The position numbers and the translations under genes were made by a program. Positions 40,419-49,246 of a DNA stretch of 64,000 nucleotides are shown here, in pieces (position 1 is the stretch's first letter; each line of letters starts with the position of its first letter). Under the pieces are notes generated by a model that had not been told where the DNA came from, did no database searches, and saw nothing but the letters and a program-made list of their open reading frames with translations. Source of the stretch: an uncultured Gammaproteobacteria bacterium (lineage in GTDB: Bacteria; Patescibacteriota; Patescibacteriia; S139-126); the NCBI GenBank assembly GCA_964620905.1, contig CAZUKA010000001.1:583646-647645 (forward strand), written 5' to 3'.

Positions 40419-42524
40419 TTATAAATAAATTTTATATTTTTTCATAGTTTCTTTCAAAACTTCATAAGATACTGACGGATTTTCCGAAGTATCTACAAAG
40501 TCTCTTATACGTTCAAATTCTTTTTTTAATATTGAATGCTCAATTTTATCATCTATTTCATCTAAATTTTTTGGTGGTAATACAAAAACATCATATATCT
40601 CTGCAACTTTTTTATCAAGTGCTTTTCTTAATACCCTTCCTCTTCTTTGAATATATTCTCTAGAATTAGTTGTGCTTGCATTAATTATAGCAATTTTTGC
40701 TTCAGGTATGTCAACTCCTTCATCAAGAATTTTAACAGCTACTAAAACTTGATATTCTCCTTTTGCAAATGATTTAAGTAAATAATCTCTGTCATCCGAA
40801 GATTCATCTTCAGTAATTTTATGGTTTAATAAGTTCATTTCATTTAATATTTTTTGAATAGATTCTACTTGTTTTTTATTATCACAATAAATAAGAACGT
40901 GTTTTAAATTTGTTTTATATTTTAAAATTAATTTTTGTAAAATGTGTTTTGTAACTTCAATTTTGTTATGTGCATTTTTCAATATTCGACTCCTAAATAA
41001 CAATAAATTTTTAATATTTTTATTATTAAATATATTTTCTTTTTGAAATTTTTCATACATTAATTTACGTGAAATTTTTTTTGAAATTTCATAATACTCA
41101 TCATACTCTTCAAGCGATAGATAAGAAGGTTCGGGATAATAATTATACGGTGTTAGATATCCATCATCTATGGCATCTTTTATTGTGTACTCAAATACTA
41201 TCTTGTTAAAATATTTTATTATAATTTCTGTTCCTTCTTCATCAAAATGTCTACTGGGAGTTGCAGAAAGACCAATTCTTTTAGAATAAAGATCTAGCAA
41301 TCCATTTTGTGATTCTGGAGCGCCAGCATTATGTAACTCATCTGCAATATATAAAAAATTACTAGGGTCTATATTAAATGAATTTAATATTTCTATGAAG
41401 TTTTTGCTTGCTAAACTGCCATATAAACCAACTATAAATATATGTTTTATTCCATTTTTATTAAATCCTGGTAAAATCATTTTAAGATTTTTTTTCCAAA
41501 TATTTGCATTTCCATGAACTTCAATAATAGGGACTCCGGGAAACATTATTTGAATATCTTTGTCTATCCATTGTCTAACTAGATGTTCATATGGCATAGC
41601 TATAACACAAATCAATTTATTTGAATCAAATAAATTTTTTACTATTGAAAGGGCTGTTTTTGTTTTTCCTGATCCGGTAGCCATAGATAGAATTCCCTTA
41701 TAATTATTTGATAACCATGATTTCACAGCTTTTTTTTGATAATCTCTCAATTCAAAAATACTTTTATTAACCGGCATTTCATTTGTTAACTTGTTATTAT
41801 TTCTATCTTCAAATAATTTTTTTAATGGGTATTTATCGATATTAATCTTATCTGATTCTTCTGGTGCAACACTAATAATTTTATTTTTTACTGCGTTTGG
41901 TAAATCAAATACATAGATATTATTTGCTGAACCATTCCAATACTTTTCAAATAATTGTATATCCCTATCCAAATACCTTTTTTGTTCGTCATTCCATCCA
42001 CAAAAAACTTTGAATTCCTCAATATTATATTTCCATCCTCTTGCAGATTCATTATTTGAACCACTAAATGATATGATATTATTTTTTTCATCATACAAAA
42101 TACCCACCTTTTGATGTAATAAATTTTTTTGTTTACCTATAGCAATTTTTAATTCTAATTTATTATTAAATAACATCCAACCAAACGCTGCTATATGATT
42201 CTTAAAAATATTATTTTCTAAATCCCACTCATGAATCTCATTCATAAGTAATTCTTCAAGCTTTTCAGGGTTATTAACTAAATCATTTATTATTATATTA
42301 TCGTCTTCTTGTAATTCATGGTTTACAATCATCTGTATTTTCCCTGACTTTTTTATAAACCTTGATAAACCTTGTGATGCTACTGCAAAAGTGCTAGATG
42401 AAAAAAAACCACCTATTCTTTTATATTTTATTGATTCTGATAGAGCAGGAATATAAAAATCATCCAAAATATTATCCTCGTCTGAATTATATGAAATCTT
42501 AATATTAATATCTTTTAATGACAT
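40419..42524 (-). CDS. PLD-like (HKD) nuclease domain fused to SF2 (ResIII/DEAH-type) helicase
   Basis: 701 aa; HKD motif HQKVGILYDEKNNIISFSGSNN; helicase motif I MATGSGKTKT, II IADELHNAG, III LSATPSR, VI QRRGRVLRK. Confidence 0.7.
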   Translation of the reverse strand: MSLKDINIKISYNSDEDNILDDFYIPALSESIKYKRIGGFFSSSTFAVASQGLSRFIKKSGKIQMIVNHELQEDDNIIINDLVNNPEKLEELLMNEIHEWDLENNIFKNHIAAFGWMLFNNKLELKIAIGKQKNLLHQKVGILYDEKNNIISFSGSNNESARGWKYNIEEFKVFCGWNDEQKRYLDRDIQLFEKYWNGSANNIYVFDLPNAVKNKIISVAPEESDKINIDKYPLKKLFEDRNNNKLTNEMPVNKSIFELRDYQKKAVKSWLSNNYKGILSMATGSGKTKTALSIVKNLFDSNKLICVIAMPYEHLVRQWIDKDIQIMFPGVPIIEVHGNANIWKKNLKMILPGFNKNGIKHIFIVGLYGSLASKNFIEILNSFNIDPSNFLYIADELHNAGAPESQNGLLDLYSKRIGLSATPSRHFDEEGTEIIIKYFNKIVFEYTIKDAIDDGYLTPYNYYPEPSYLSLEEYDEYYEISKKISRKLMYEKFQKENIFNNKNIKNLLLFRSRILKNAHNKIEVTKHILQKLILKYKTNLKHVLIYCDNKKQVESIQKILNEMNLLNHKITEDESSDDRDYLLKSFAKGEYQVLVAVKILDEGVDIPEAKIAIINASTTNSREYIQRRGRVLRKALDKKVAEIYDVFVLPPKNLDEIDDKIEHSILKKEFERIRDFVDTSENPSVSYEVLKETMKKYKIYL

Positions 42525-42542
42525 AATTATGATCTATAATAT

Positions 42543-43289
42543 TTACTTTTCATAACTACTACGTGCGTTCCACCATGCACAATATTCACATTCTTCTCCT
42601 GATTTGGGCATTTTATTACTTTCTAAACATGCTTTTATTTCAAAAATAATAGGTTCCACCCAAGAATCATCCCCGTCATGAGAAATAAGCTTAATATCAA
42701 ATTCAATTTTTTTATCAAATGCCTGTTGATCATATTTGCCAGTACAATAAACAAAATAACCAGTATTAGAAACTTTTAATTTGTTTTTACGTAATATCCA
42801 TTGATACACTTCCATTTGTCTTTTATATGACTCATGCCATTTACCCTCTAATTCTTCAACGGGATTATTTTTTGCCGTAGCTTTATAATCAACAACTATA
42901 TATTCACCTTTTTTATTAATCCATAAATCATCAATTGCCCCTGTCACTAATATATTTGTGTTATCATGTAAATATTGAACACCCTTAAAATTTTCTCTCC
43001 ATTCATCAATTTTTTTATGTGCTACTGGTACTGCATCTATTTTATATTCTTTTTGCAACGGATGTTGTTTGTTCTTAGCTCTATAAACATCAAATTCTTG
43101 CTTTAATTGATAATCTACAGCTTTATTTAATTGAAAAGATGGTATGGACGGTCGTTTTGTTCCTAATTTGTTATCCACATAAAAACAACGAGGGCATTCT
43201 TGAAATAAACCAATTTTTGCTCTACTTAATTTCCAATTTTTACCACCATAATTCCATGATGGGCCTCTATGTGGAGTGTAATCAGGCAT
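42543..43289 (-). CDS. Cas4/RecB-family PD-(D/E)xK nuclease with Fe-S cysteine cluster
   Basis: 248 aa; N-term CPRC, nuclease motifs GAIDDL...EYIVVDYK, QxxxY (KRQMEVYQWI), C-term C-x13-CEYC. Confidence 0.6.
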   Translation of the reverse strand: MPDYTPHRGPSWNYGGKNWKLSRAKIGLFQECPRCFYVDNKLGTKRPSIPSFQLNKAVDYQLKQEFDVYRAKNKQHPLQKEYKIDAVPVAHKKIDEWRENFKGVQYLHDNTNILVTGAIDDLWINKKGEYIVVDYKATAKNNPVEELEGKWHESYKRQMEVYQWILRKNKLKVSNTGYFVYCTGKYDQQAFDKKIEFDIKLISHDGDDSWVEPIIFEIKACLESNKMPKSGEECEYCAWWNARSSYEK

Positions 43290-43298
43290 AATTATTTT

Positions 43299-43889
43299 TT
43301 ATCCTACTAAACCTAACTTTTTTAAAATATCAGTAAAAGCAACATACTCTATATTATGTTCTTTATAAAAAGCTAAACTTTCTTGCAATTCCTTAGTTTG
43401 AAAATTTTTATCTAATAGGTCACCAAAAGCAAATTTTTTTTTAGCTTCATATTCTTGATATCCTACCAATACTATTTGCAACGGTTTGTTATACAAAGAA
43501 GGTACCTCGCCATATTTCAAAGGTACCCCCAAAATTTTTTCACCTGCTGTTCCGGTAGTAGTCCAGTTTCTGCCTTTTACTTCATATACATATTGATCAC
43601 ACTCTAAATCTGGCTGATAACCTTTTTTACTTAATTTACTTTTATAAATTTTAGCTTTCCTAACATTTTTCCTACCCAATCTTGTCAAAGCTTCCATGAC
43701 TAAATCTTGACACAACTTAGTTGTCCATTGACCACCGCCATTACCTGCTGTAACTTTGTCACCCCATTCATCTTCAATTTTTTTGGCTCTGTTTAAATCA
43801 GTCTGTCTACTGGTTGTTGCTAAAGTAACGTCGGTTATACCTTGGTAGCACCATTTGATTACTTCTGGATTGTCCAATAAACTTGCCAT
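43299..43889 (-). CDS. putative type II restriction endonuclease (PD-ExK) cognate to adjacent methyltransferase
   Basis: 196 aa; YQPDLECDQYVYEVKG (PD...EVK); 3-nt gap from MTase gene. Confidence 0.4.
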   Translation of the reverse strand: MASLLDNPEVIKWCYQGITDVTLATTSRQTDLNRAKKIEDEWGDKVTAGNGGGQWTTKLCQDLVMEALTRLGRKNVRKAKIYKSKLSKKGYQPDLECDQYVYEVKGRNWTTTGTAGEKILGVPLKYGEVPSLYNKPLQIVLVGYQEYEAKKKFAFGDLLDKNFQTKELQESLAFYKEHNIEYVAFTDILKKLGLVG

Positions 43890-43892
43890 TAA

Positions 43893-44714
43893 TTATTTTA
43901 TTAAATCTTTAAATCTCTTTTTTGATAAATCGAGGTATTTCTTTTCCATATCTATACCAACAAATTTTCTTTCGTTTAAAACAGCTGCGAGTCCAGTGGT
44001 AGAACTACCAGTAAAAGGATCAAGCACAACATCTCCTTTGTCTGTGCTGGCTAAAATAATACGCACTAAAAGATCGATTGGTTTTTGTGTAGGGTGTTTG
44101 CCAAACTTTTTTTCATCTTTTTTTGGCGGACGAATTGCCCACACACTGCGCATTTGCAAATCTGGTTTTTTTAAAAAATCTTCCTGCCACTTACCATGCT
44201 TCATCAATTTATAATTGAATTTGTGTTTAGCTTTTTTTTCTTTCCGGGCCCAGATAATTGTTTCGTGACTAGCAGTAAAAAAACGACAACTTAAATTTGG
44301 TGAAGCATTGGGTTTAAACCACGCTATGTCGTTTAAAATATGATAGCCCAATGCTTGAATGGCATGACCACATTGATAAATAGAATGATACGTTCCGCTT
44401 ACCCAAATTGTTCCGCCTGGTTTTAAAACCCTCTTACATGCTTCCAGCCATTTGAAATGAAATTCATAGTCACCATTAAAACCTTTACTTTTATCCCATT
44501 CACCTTTATTAACACTTACTCTCCTGCCAGCATGGACGGAAAAGCCACCATTGGAAAGATTGTATGGAGGATCAGCAAATATCATATCTATGGAATTACC
44601 TGGGAGTTGTTGTAAAAACTCCAAAGAATTCGCCTGATATAAAACAAAGTTATTTGTTTTAAAATAAGGCTTTTCCTTAACTGGCGCTAATATTTTTTTA
44701 TGCTTTTTAAACAT
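43893..44714 (-). CDS. beta-class amino-DNA methyltransferase (N6-adenine or N4-cytosine)
   Basis: 273 aa; motif IV IFADPPYNLS near N-terminus, motif I VLDPFTGSSTTGLAA near C-terminus (IV-TRD-I order). Confidence 0.8.
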   Translation of the reverse strand: MFKKHKKILAPVKEKPYFKTNNFVLYQANSLEFLQQLPGNSIDMIFADPPYNLSNGGFSVHAGRRVSVNKGEWDKSKGFNGDYEFHFKWLEACKRVLKPGGTIWVSGTYHSIYQCGHAIQALGYHILNDIAWFKPNASPNLSCRFFTASHETIIWARKEKKAKHKFNYKLMKHGKWQEDFLKKPDLQMRSVWAIRPPKKDEKKFGKHPTQKPIDLLVRIILASTDKGDVVLDPFTGSSTTGLAAVLNERKFVGIDMEKKYLDLSKKRFKDLIK

Positions 44715-44756
44715 AATTATTTATTGTATTATACTACTTTTTCCAATCTTTAATAA

Positions 44757-45524
44757 TTACTGACATGCGCCGGAGGAAGAAACGGTTATACCGGCAAGGG
44801 TTGCCTGACAAGAGTTACCATAAGTTTCTCCGTCACACCCGCACACTGGTGAATAAATCAATGCACAAGCTTGGGGTTTGGTTTTACACTCACCCACTTG
44901 GTTACACTGTCCTACTTCTTTGGCACAATATTCACTAGCTTCACAATCACTACTTGATTGGCAAGTATTTAGACACTGCCCGTTATATTCTACACTCACT
45001 CCCGCGGCTCTAGCTTGGCAAGAGTTGCCATAGGTTTTACCATCACAACCACACACCGGAGCATACTGCAAAGTACAAGCTTCAGATTTGGCTACACACT
45101 CACCACTACCACCACATTGACCGGTTTTGTATTCACAATAAAAATTGGTTTGGCAGTCAGTGTCAGTTTGGCAAATATTGCTTGGCGGTTCTTGGGCTGG
45201 TGGTTGATTGTTGGGTGCTTGATTGTCTTGATTGTTCTGTTGCGGTTGGTTGTCTGTTACCACTGGTTCATTGTTAAATACCGGCTCATTGGCAGGTGAA
45301 GGTTCATCGGTTATTACTACCTCACCTGTTTCAATTGTATCATCTACTACTATATCTTCTGTGGGAGTAAACTCTTCTGGTTCAACCACCTGCACTGTTT
45401 GCGTATCAGTTTGACTGGTAAAGTCAGAAACTTTTTTGTCGCCTGCTTGTTGCCACCACCAAATTGCAACTCCCAAAAGCAAGATAAGTAAAAGAACAAT
45501 TATAATATATATATTTTTGCGCAT
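44757..45524 (-). CDS. membrane-anchored secreted protein with Q/N/P-rich linker and two Kazal-like domains
   Basis: CTLQYAPVCGCDGKTYGNSCQARAAG...C and CALIYSPVCGCDGETYGNSCQATLAG...C match Kazal spacing (PVCG.DG.TY.N.C). Confidence 0.55.
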   Translation of the reverse strand: MRKNIYIIIVLLLILLLGVAIWWWQQAGDKKVSDFTSQTDTQTVQVVEPEEFTPTEDIVVDDTIETGEVVITDEPSPANEPVFNNEPVVTDNQPQQNNQDNQAPNNQPPAQEPPSNICQTDTDCQTNFYCEYKTGQCGGSGECVAKSEACTLQYAPVCGCDGKTYGNSCQARAAGVSVEYNGQCLNTCQSSSDCEASEYCAKEVGQCNQVGECKTKPQACALIYSPVCGCDGETYGNSCQATLAGITVSSSGACQ

Positions 45525-45702
45525 ATTTATTAGAATTAAAAATTAGATAAGGAATAATTTAAGATCTATGAATAAAGATTTAAGACAGTTTTATTTTTAG
45601 ATTCCTCATCCCCACTTCGCTAAAGCTACGAGGGGCAATGCAAGTGCGGAATGACAAACAAATTCAAGGATTATTTTATTTATTTCTATTTAAACTTAAA
45701 TT

Positions 45703-46749
45703 TTATTTAAAATAATTACCAACAGCATCTTCAAACTGCTCAATAAATATTTGTTTAAAATAAGAAATATTATTTATTTCATAAAATAATATAACGGCTT
45801 TTTTATACTCCTCAACATCCACTATTCTATAAGAAAGCGGAATAGAATTATGCGCCAACAAAATAGCATTGGAAATCATACGAGAAGTTCTTTTGTTGCC
45901 ATCTTCAAAAACTTGAATATAAGCGATAAGAATTGAGATTAAAAAAGCCTTTTCAAAAAATGATTCCTTCATATTGATTAGCTCAACCATATTTTGCAAT
46001 GCCTCTTTGATTTGTAGCTCATTATCCAAGGGTCTATATTTTGTGCCAGTAACTCCAACGCCTTCTTTCCTGATATTTTTAGAAATCCCAAGTTTTTTGG
46101 TTAAAACAGAATGGATATATTCAATATCAGCGCTGCGTAATTTAATAAAACGTTCTCTATTTTGAATAGCTTCATTGAAAGCGTCTTTGTGATTGAGAAT
46201 CATCTGAGTTTCTTCTTTAGTCTTACCTTTTCCGATGACATTATTTTTAATCAAAGCTTCCGTGCCTAAAAGCGAATAAGTATTCCCCTCAATGGCCGAT
46301 GACTTCCAAGAAAATTCAATCATTATCCGTTCAAACTCCTTATTAATGATTGTTTGACTGTCATATTTGGAAAAATTCTTAATAAATTCCCTTTGTAATT
46401 TTTCCAGTTTCTCTTTTTCTTCAGCTGAAAAAATATTATTACTCAAAATATTAAATATTTCAAAATTGAAACTTTCTTTTACTTCTCTTTTGAGATAAGG
46501 GACGGAAAAATATTTTTCAATATCTACTTCTTCTAAAATCTTAAAAGTTTTTGACAATAAATAAACAGTACTTTTGCCTGTACCTTTTTTAAAAACTAAA
46601 AATTTATCTTCCAATTCTTTTAAATCCCTTTGTAAAGTTTTTCTGTCAATATCTAAACGCAAAAAAGACAAAATCTCAACAAGTGACACCTCTGCCTTAT
46701 CTTTCATAAAAGCAGTTATTTTATTTTGTCTTATTTGTTTTTTATTCAT
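45703..46749 (-). CDS. Fic-family protein with N-terminal winged-HTH
   Basis: 348 aa; Fic motif VFEDGNKRTSR (HPFxDGNGR-like); N-terminal LVEILSFLRLDIDRKTLQRDLKELE wHTH-like. Confidence 0.7.
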   Translation of the reverse strand: MNKKQIRQNKITAFMKDKAEVSLVEILSFLRLDIDRKTLQRDLKELEDKFLVFKKGTGKSTVYLLSKTFKILEEVDIEKYFSVPYLKREVKESFNFEIFNILSNNIFSAEEKEKLEKLQREFIKNFSKYDSQTIINKEFERIMIEFSWKSSAIEGNTYSLLGTEALIKNNVIGKGKTKEETQMILNHKDAFNEAIQNRERFIKLRSADIEYIHSVLTKKLGISKNIRKEGVGVTGTKYRPLDNELQIKEALQNMVELINMKESFFEKAFLISILIAYIQVFEDGNKRTSRMISNAILLAHNSIPLSYRIVDVEEYKKAVILFYEINNISYFKQIFIEQFEDAVGNYFK

Positions 46750-46768
46750 ATTTAAACTATATCGCTTA

Positions 46769-46877
46769 TTGCGACATTTCTCAAGTCTATTTGCGACATT
46801 TTATTTATATTTTTATAAAAAACCCAACAAATAAAGATTTTTTTGCGACATTTCTCAAGTCTATTTGCGACATTTTT
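46769..46877. promoter_or_regulatory. two copies of 33-bp direct repeat TTGCGACATTTCTCAAGTCTATTTGCGACATTT (four TTGCGACATTT half-sites) upstream of Fic gene
   Basis: Exact repeat at 46769-46801 and 46843-46875. Confidence 0.5.
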
Positions 46878-46923
46878 ATTTCTGCCTGCCCGCCTGGGGT
46901 GAGAATAAAAATTAAAAATTTTC

Positions 46924-48153
46924 TTATCTTACATTGCTAATGGAATTTTTGACAGTATCGTGTTTGGTTTTCATGATATCGCTCACCAGTTGAATAGTGT
47001 GAGCCATTTGTGCCCAAGGGGAAAGATCAATCCATTCTTTGTAACTATCATCACTTTCGCCTTCTACTCCGCCAATTTCCAAAATAGCCGGGCCACCTTG
47101 ATTTGAACTATCATCACCCATAAAATCTATTTCATCTGGCTCAATTCCGGTTTGTTCTAACTTTTCCCCTTCTTCTACTTTCCAGTTGTATCCCACATTG
47201 CCCTTTTTCTTACCTTCAGCTACACCTTGTTGAACAGTATGTGTTAATTCATTGGCTGACAGTCCTTTGCGTAGTAAAAAGGCATACCAAGGAAACTTAA
47301 CTTTTACTTGTCCTGTTTCCCAATTATCACTTTTATTTACTGCAACTTCGGCTCGATAATTTGTGGGAATAAAACCAAACAATTTGGCTGGCAATTTGTA
47401 CTCAAATTTAATTTCTTCATAGTTTAAACTCAAAGTTTCTGTTGGTACATCATCGGCCAGCATGGCACCTAAGGCGAAATTCTGCAGATCCTGTTCGCTT
47501 TGTACTTGCGCCCAAGTTTTGACAGTGGTTAAAAAAATTTGTTTTTGTTCGGTAGTTAAACCTTTGACATCACCCACGGCTATCCGCACACCACCAGCTG
47601 GCCAACCATCTCTAGGACCAGCACTAACCAACCTATCATTGCTAGCTGACTCATTATCAGTTGTTTCACCTTTGATGTCATCAATTTCTATAAATACTGG
47701 TACTAACTTGGTGCCTTCTTCTACTTTCCAACTGACCTCTACTTTACCTTTTTGCCTACCAGCTGCTTCTTCATCGTCATCACTATTTCCTTCAAGTAAC
47801 ACACCAAAATTTGTTGTCTGTTCATTTTCACCCATAAAGTCTATTTCATCTGGCTCAACACCAGTTTGTTCTAACTTTTCTCCTTCTTCTACTTTCCAGT
47901 TGTATTCTACATTACCTTTTTTCCCACTGTCAGTGGTGGTGCCTTGGGTACTATTGGGAACACTACCAGTGATTACTGGTTGGTCTGGATCACCCTCACT
48001 AGAACTATCAGCTGGACTAGCTACAAAATCCAAATCAGTCTCCTGATACTGTAAAATATTTACCGAAGTATCAGGTGCTCTTTGCACTTGAGCTGCGCCT
48101 AAAACTGGAGCAGCTAAAAAAACTAGACTTAAAATATATATAAAAACGTTCAT
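46924..48153 (-). CDS. secreted protein with three ~35-aa internal repeats
   Basis: Signal peptide; repeats KKGNVEYNWKVEEGEKLEQTG.EPDEIDFMG / QKGKVEVSWKVEEGTKL... / KKGNVGYNWKVEEGEKLEQTGIEPDEIDFMG. Confidence 0.35.
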   Translation of the reverse strand: MNVFIYILSLVFLAAPVLGAAQVQRAPDTSVNILQYQETDLDFVASPADSSSEGDPDQPVITGSVPNSTQGTTTDSGKKGNVEYNWKVEEGEKLEQTGVEPDEIDFMGENEQTTNFGVLLEGNSDDDEEAAGRQKGKVEVSWKVEEGTKLVPVFIEIDDIKGETTDNESASNDRLVSAGPRDGWPAGGVRIAVGDVKGLTTEQKQIFLTTVKTWAQVQSEQDLQNFALGAMLADDVPTETLSLNYEEIKFEYKLPAKLFGFIPTNYRAEVAVNKSDNWETGQVKVKFPWYAFLLRKGLSANELTHTVQQGVAEGKKKGNVGYNWKVEEGEKLEQTGIEPDEIDFMGDDSSNQGGPAILEIGGVEGESDDSYKEWIDLSPWAQMAHTIQLVSDIMKTKHDTVKNSISNVR

Positions 48154-48170
48154 ATATTAGATTATTAATT

Positions 48171-48207
48171 ATAACCATGATTAATTTTTTACTAATCATG
48201 GTTATAT
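48171..48207. promoter_or_regulatory. 13-bp perfect inverted repeat ATAACCATGATTA-N10-TAATCATGGTTAT 18 nt upstream of 46924..48153 start codon
   Basis: seen in sequence. Confidence 0.3.
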
Positions 48208-48263
48208 TTCAACATTTTTGACCATAAAAATCAACCAAAAACTGCTCTTATTTTAGAGCAGTT

Positions 48264-49169
48264 TTAGGGTTTTAAAAGTGAGGAAAAATGCTTCCGGAGT
48301 TTGGCCATTTTGGGGGAAATTACCGCCTGGCAGTAAGCAGCTTCTGGATGATTTTTAAAATACTCTTGGTGATAGTCTTCGGCTGGATAAAATTTAGCCA
48401 AAGGTTTTACTTCGGTGACAATATTTTCTGAAAAGACTTGGTCTTGAATTAACTGTTTAATAAAATTTTCTGCAATTTCTTTTTGCTCCTCACTAGTTGC
48501 CAAAATGATCGAACGATACTGACTACCCACATCAGCTCCTTGGCGGTTACGGGTAGTAGGATCATGCAAAGTGAAAAATATTTGTAAAATCATTTCCAAA
48601 GAAATTTGTGTCTGGTCAAAGATTATTTCTACCACTTCTGCGTGATTGGTGGTGCCACTACCAACTTGTTCATAGGTGGGACTAACCGTATCACCTCCGG
48701 CATAACCTGACTTTACAGACAGTATCCCCCGCACTTGGGAAAAATATGCTTCCAAACACCAAAAACACCCGCCTCCCAAAACAATAGTTTGTTTACTGCT
48801 GGGTAATTTTTCAGTAGGAATAAAATGCAAAGACAATGAGTTCACACAGTGCCGCATGTCACGCGGAGTAAATTTTTCTCCACTAAACACATGCCCCAAG
48901 TGCCCCCCACAACGCGCACACAAAATCTCCGTGCGCGTGCCATCAGCATCAACTTGTCTAGTAACCGCTCCAGCAATTTCTTGATCAAAGCTGGGCCAAC
49001 CACAGTGAGCAGAAAATTTATCCGCTGAACGGTAGAGCCAAGCATTGCACTGTCGGCAAGTATAGATACCTGTGTCAAAAAAATTGTCATACTCACCACT
49101 ACCAGGCAGTTCCGTGCCTTTGTCAACCATTATTCTTTTTTCCTCTGGGGTAAGGGGGATTAATTTCAT
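48264..49169 (-). CDS. msrAB: bifunctional peptide methionine sulfoxide reductase MsrB-MsrA
   Basis: N-half MsrB (CRQCNAWLY...HCGWPSF...CARCGGHLGHVF), C-half MsrA (GGGCFWCLEAYF). Confidence 0.85.
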   Translation of the reverse strand: MKLIPLTPEEKRIMVDKGTELPGSGEYDNFFDTGIYTCRQCNAWLYRSADKFSAHCGWPSFDQEIAGAVTRQVDADGTRTEILCARCGGHLGHVFSGEKFTPRDMRHCVNSLSLHFIPTEKLPSSKQTIVLGGGCFWCLEAYFSQVRGILSVKSGYAGGDTVSPTYEQVGSGTTNHAEVVEIIFDQTQISLEMILQIFFTLHDPTTRNRQGADVGSQYRSIILATSEEQKEIAENFIKQLIQDQVFSENIVTEVKPLAKFYPAEDYHQEYFKNHPEAAYCQAVISPKMAKLRKHFSSLLKP

Positions 49170-49246
49170 AAAATTTATTTTATTGTTTCACAAAATAATT
49201 ATTCCGGCAAATTAAAAAGGACTCGAAGATTCGAGTCCTTGTTTTT

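Noticed and set aside
33030-46800. Prophage or integrative element boundaries (integrase, att repeats)
   Set aside because: No integrase, recombinase, transposase or phage structural genes recognised. The tRNAs in the window are far from the island edges.
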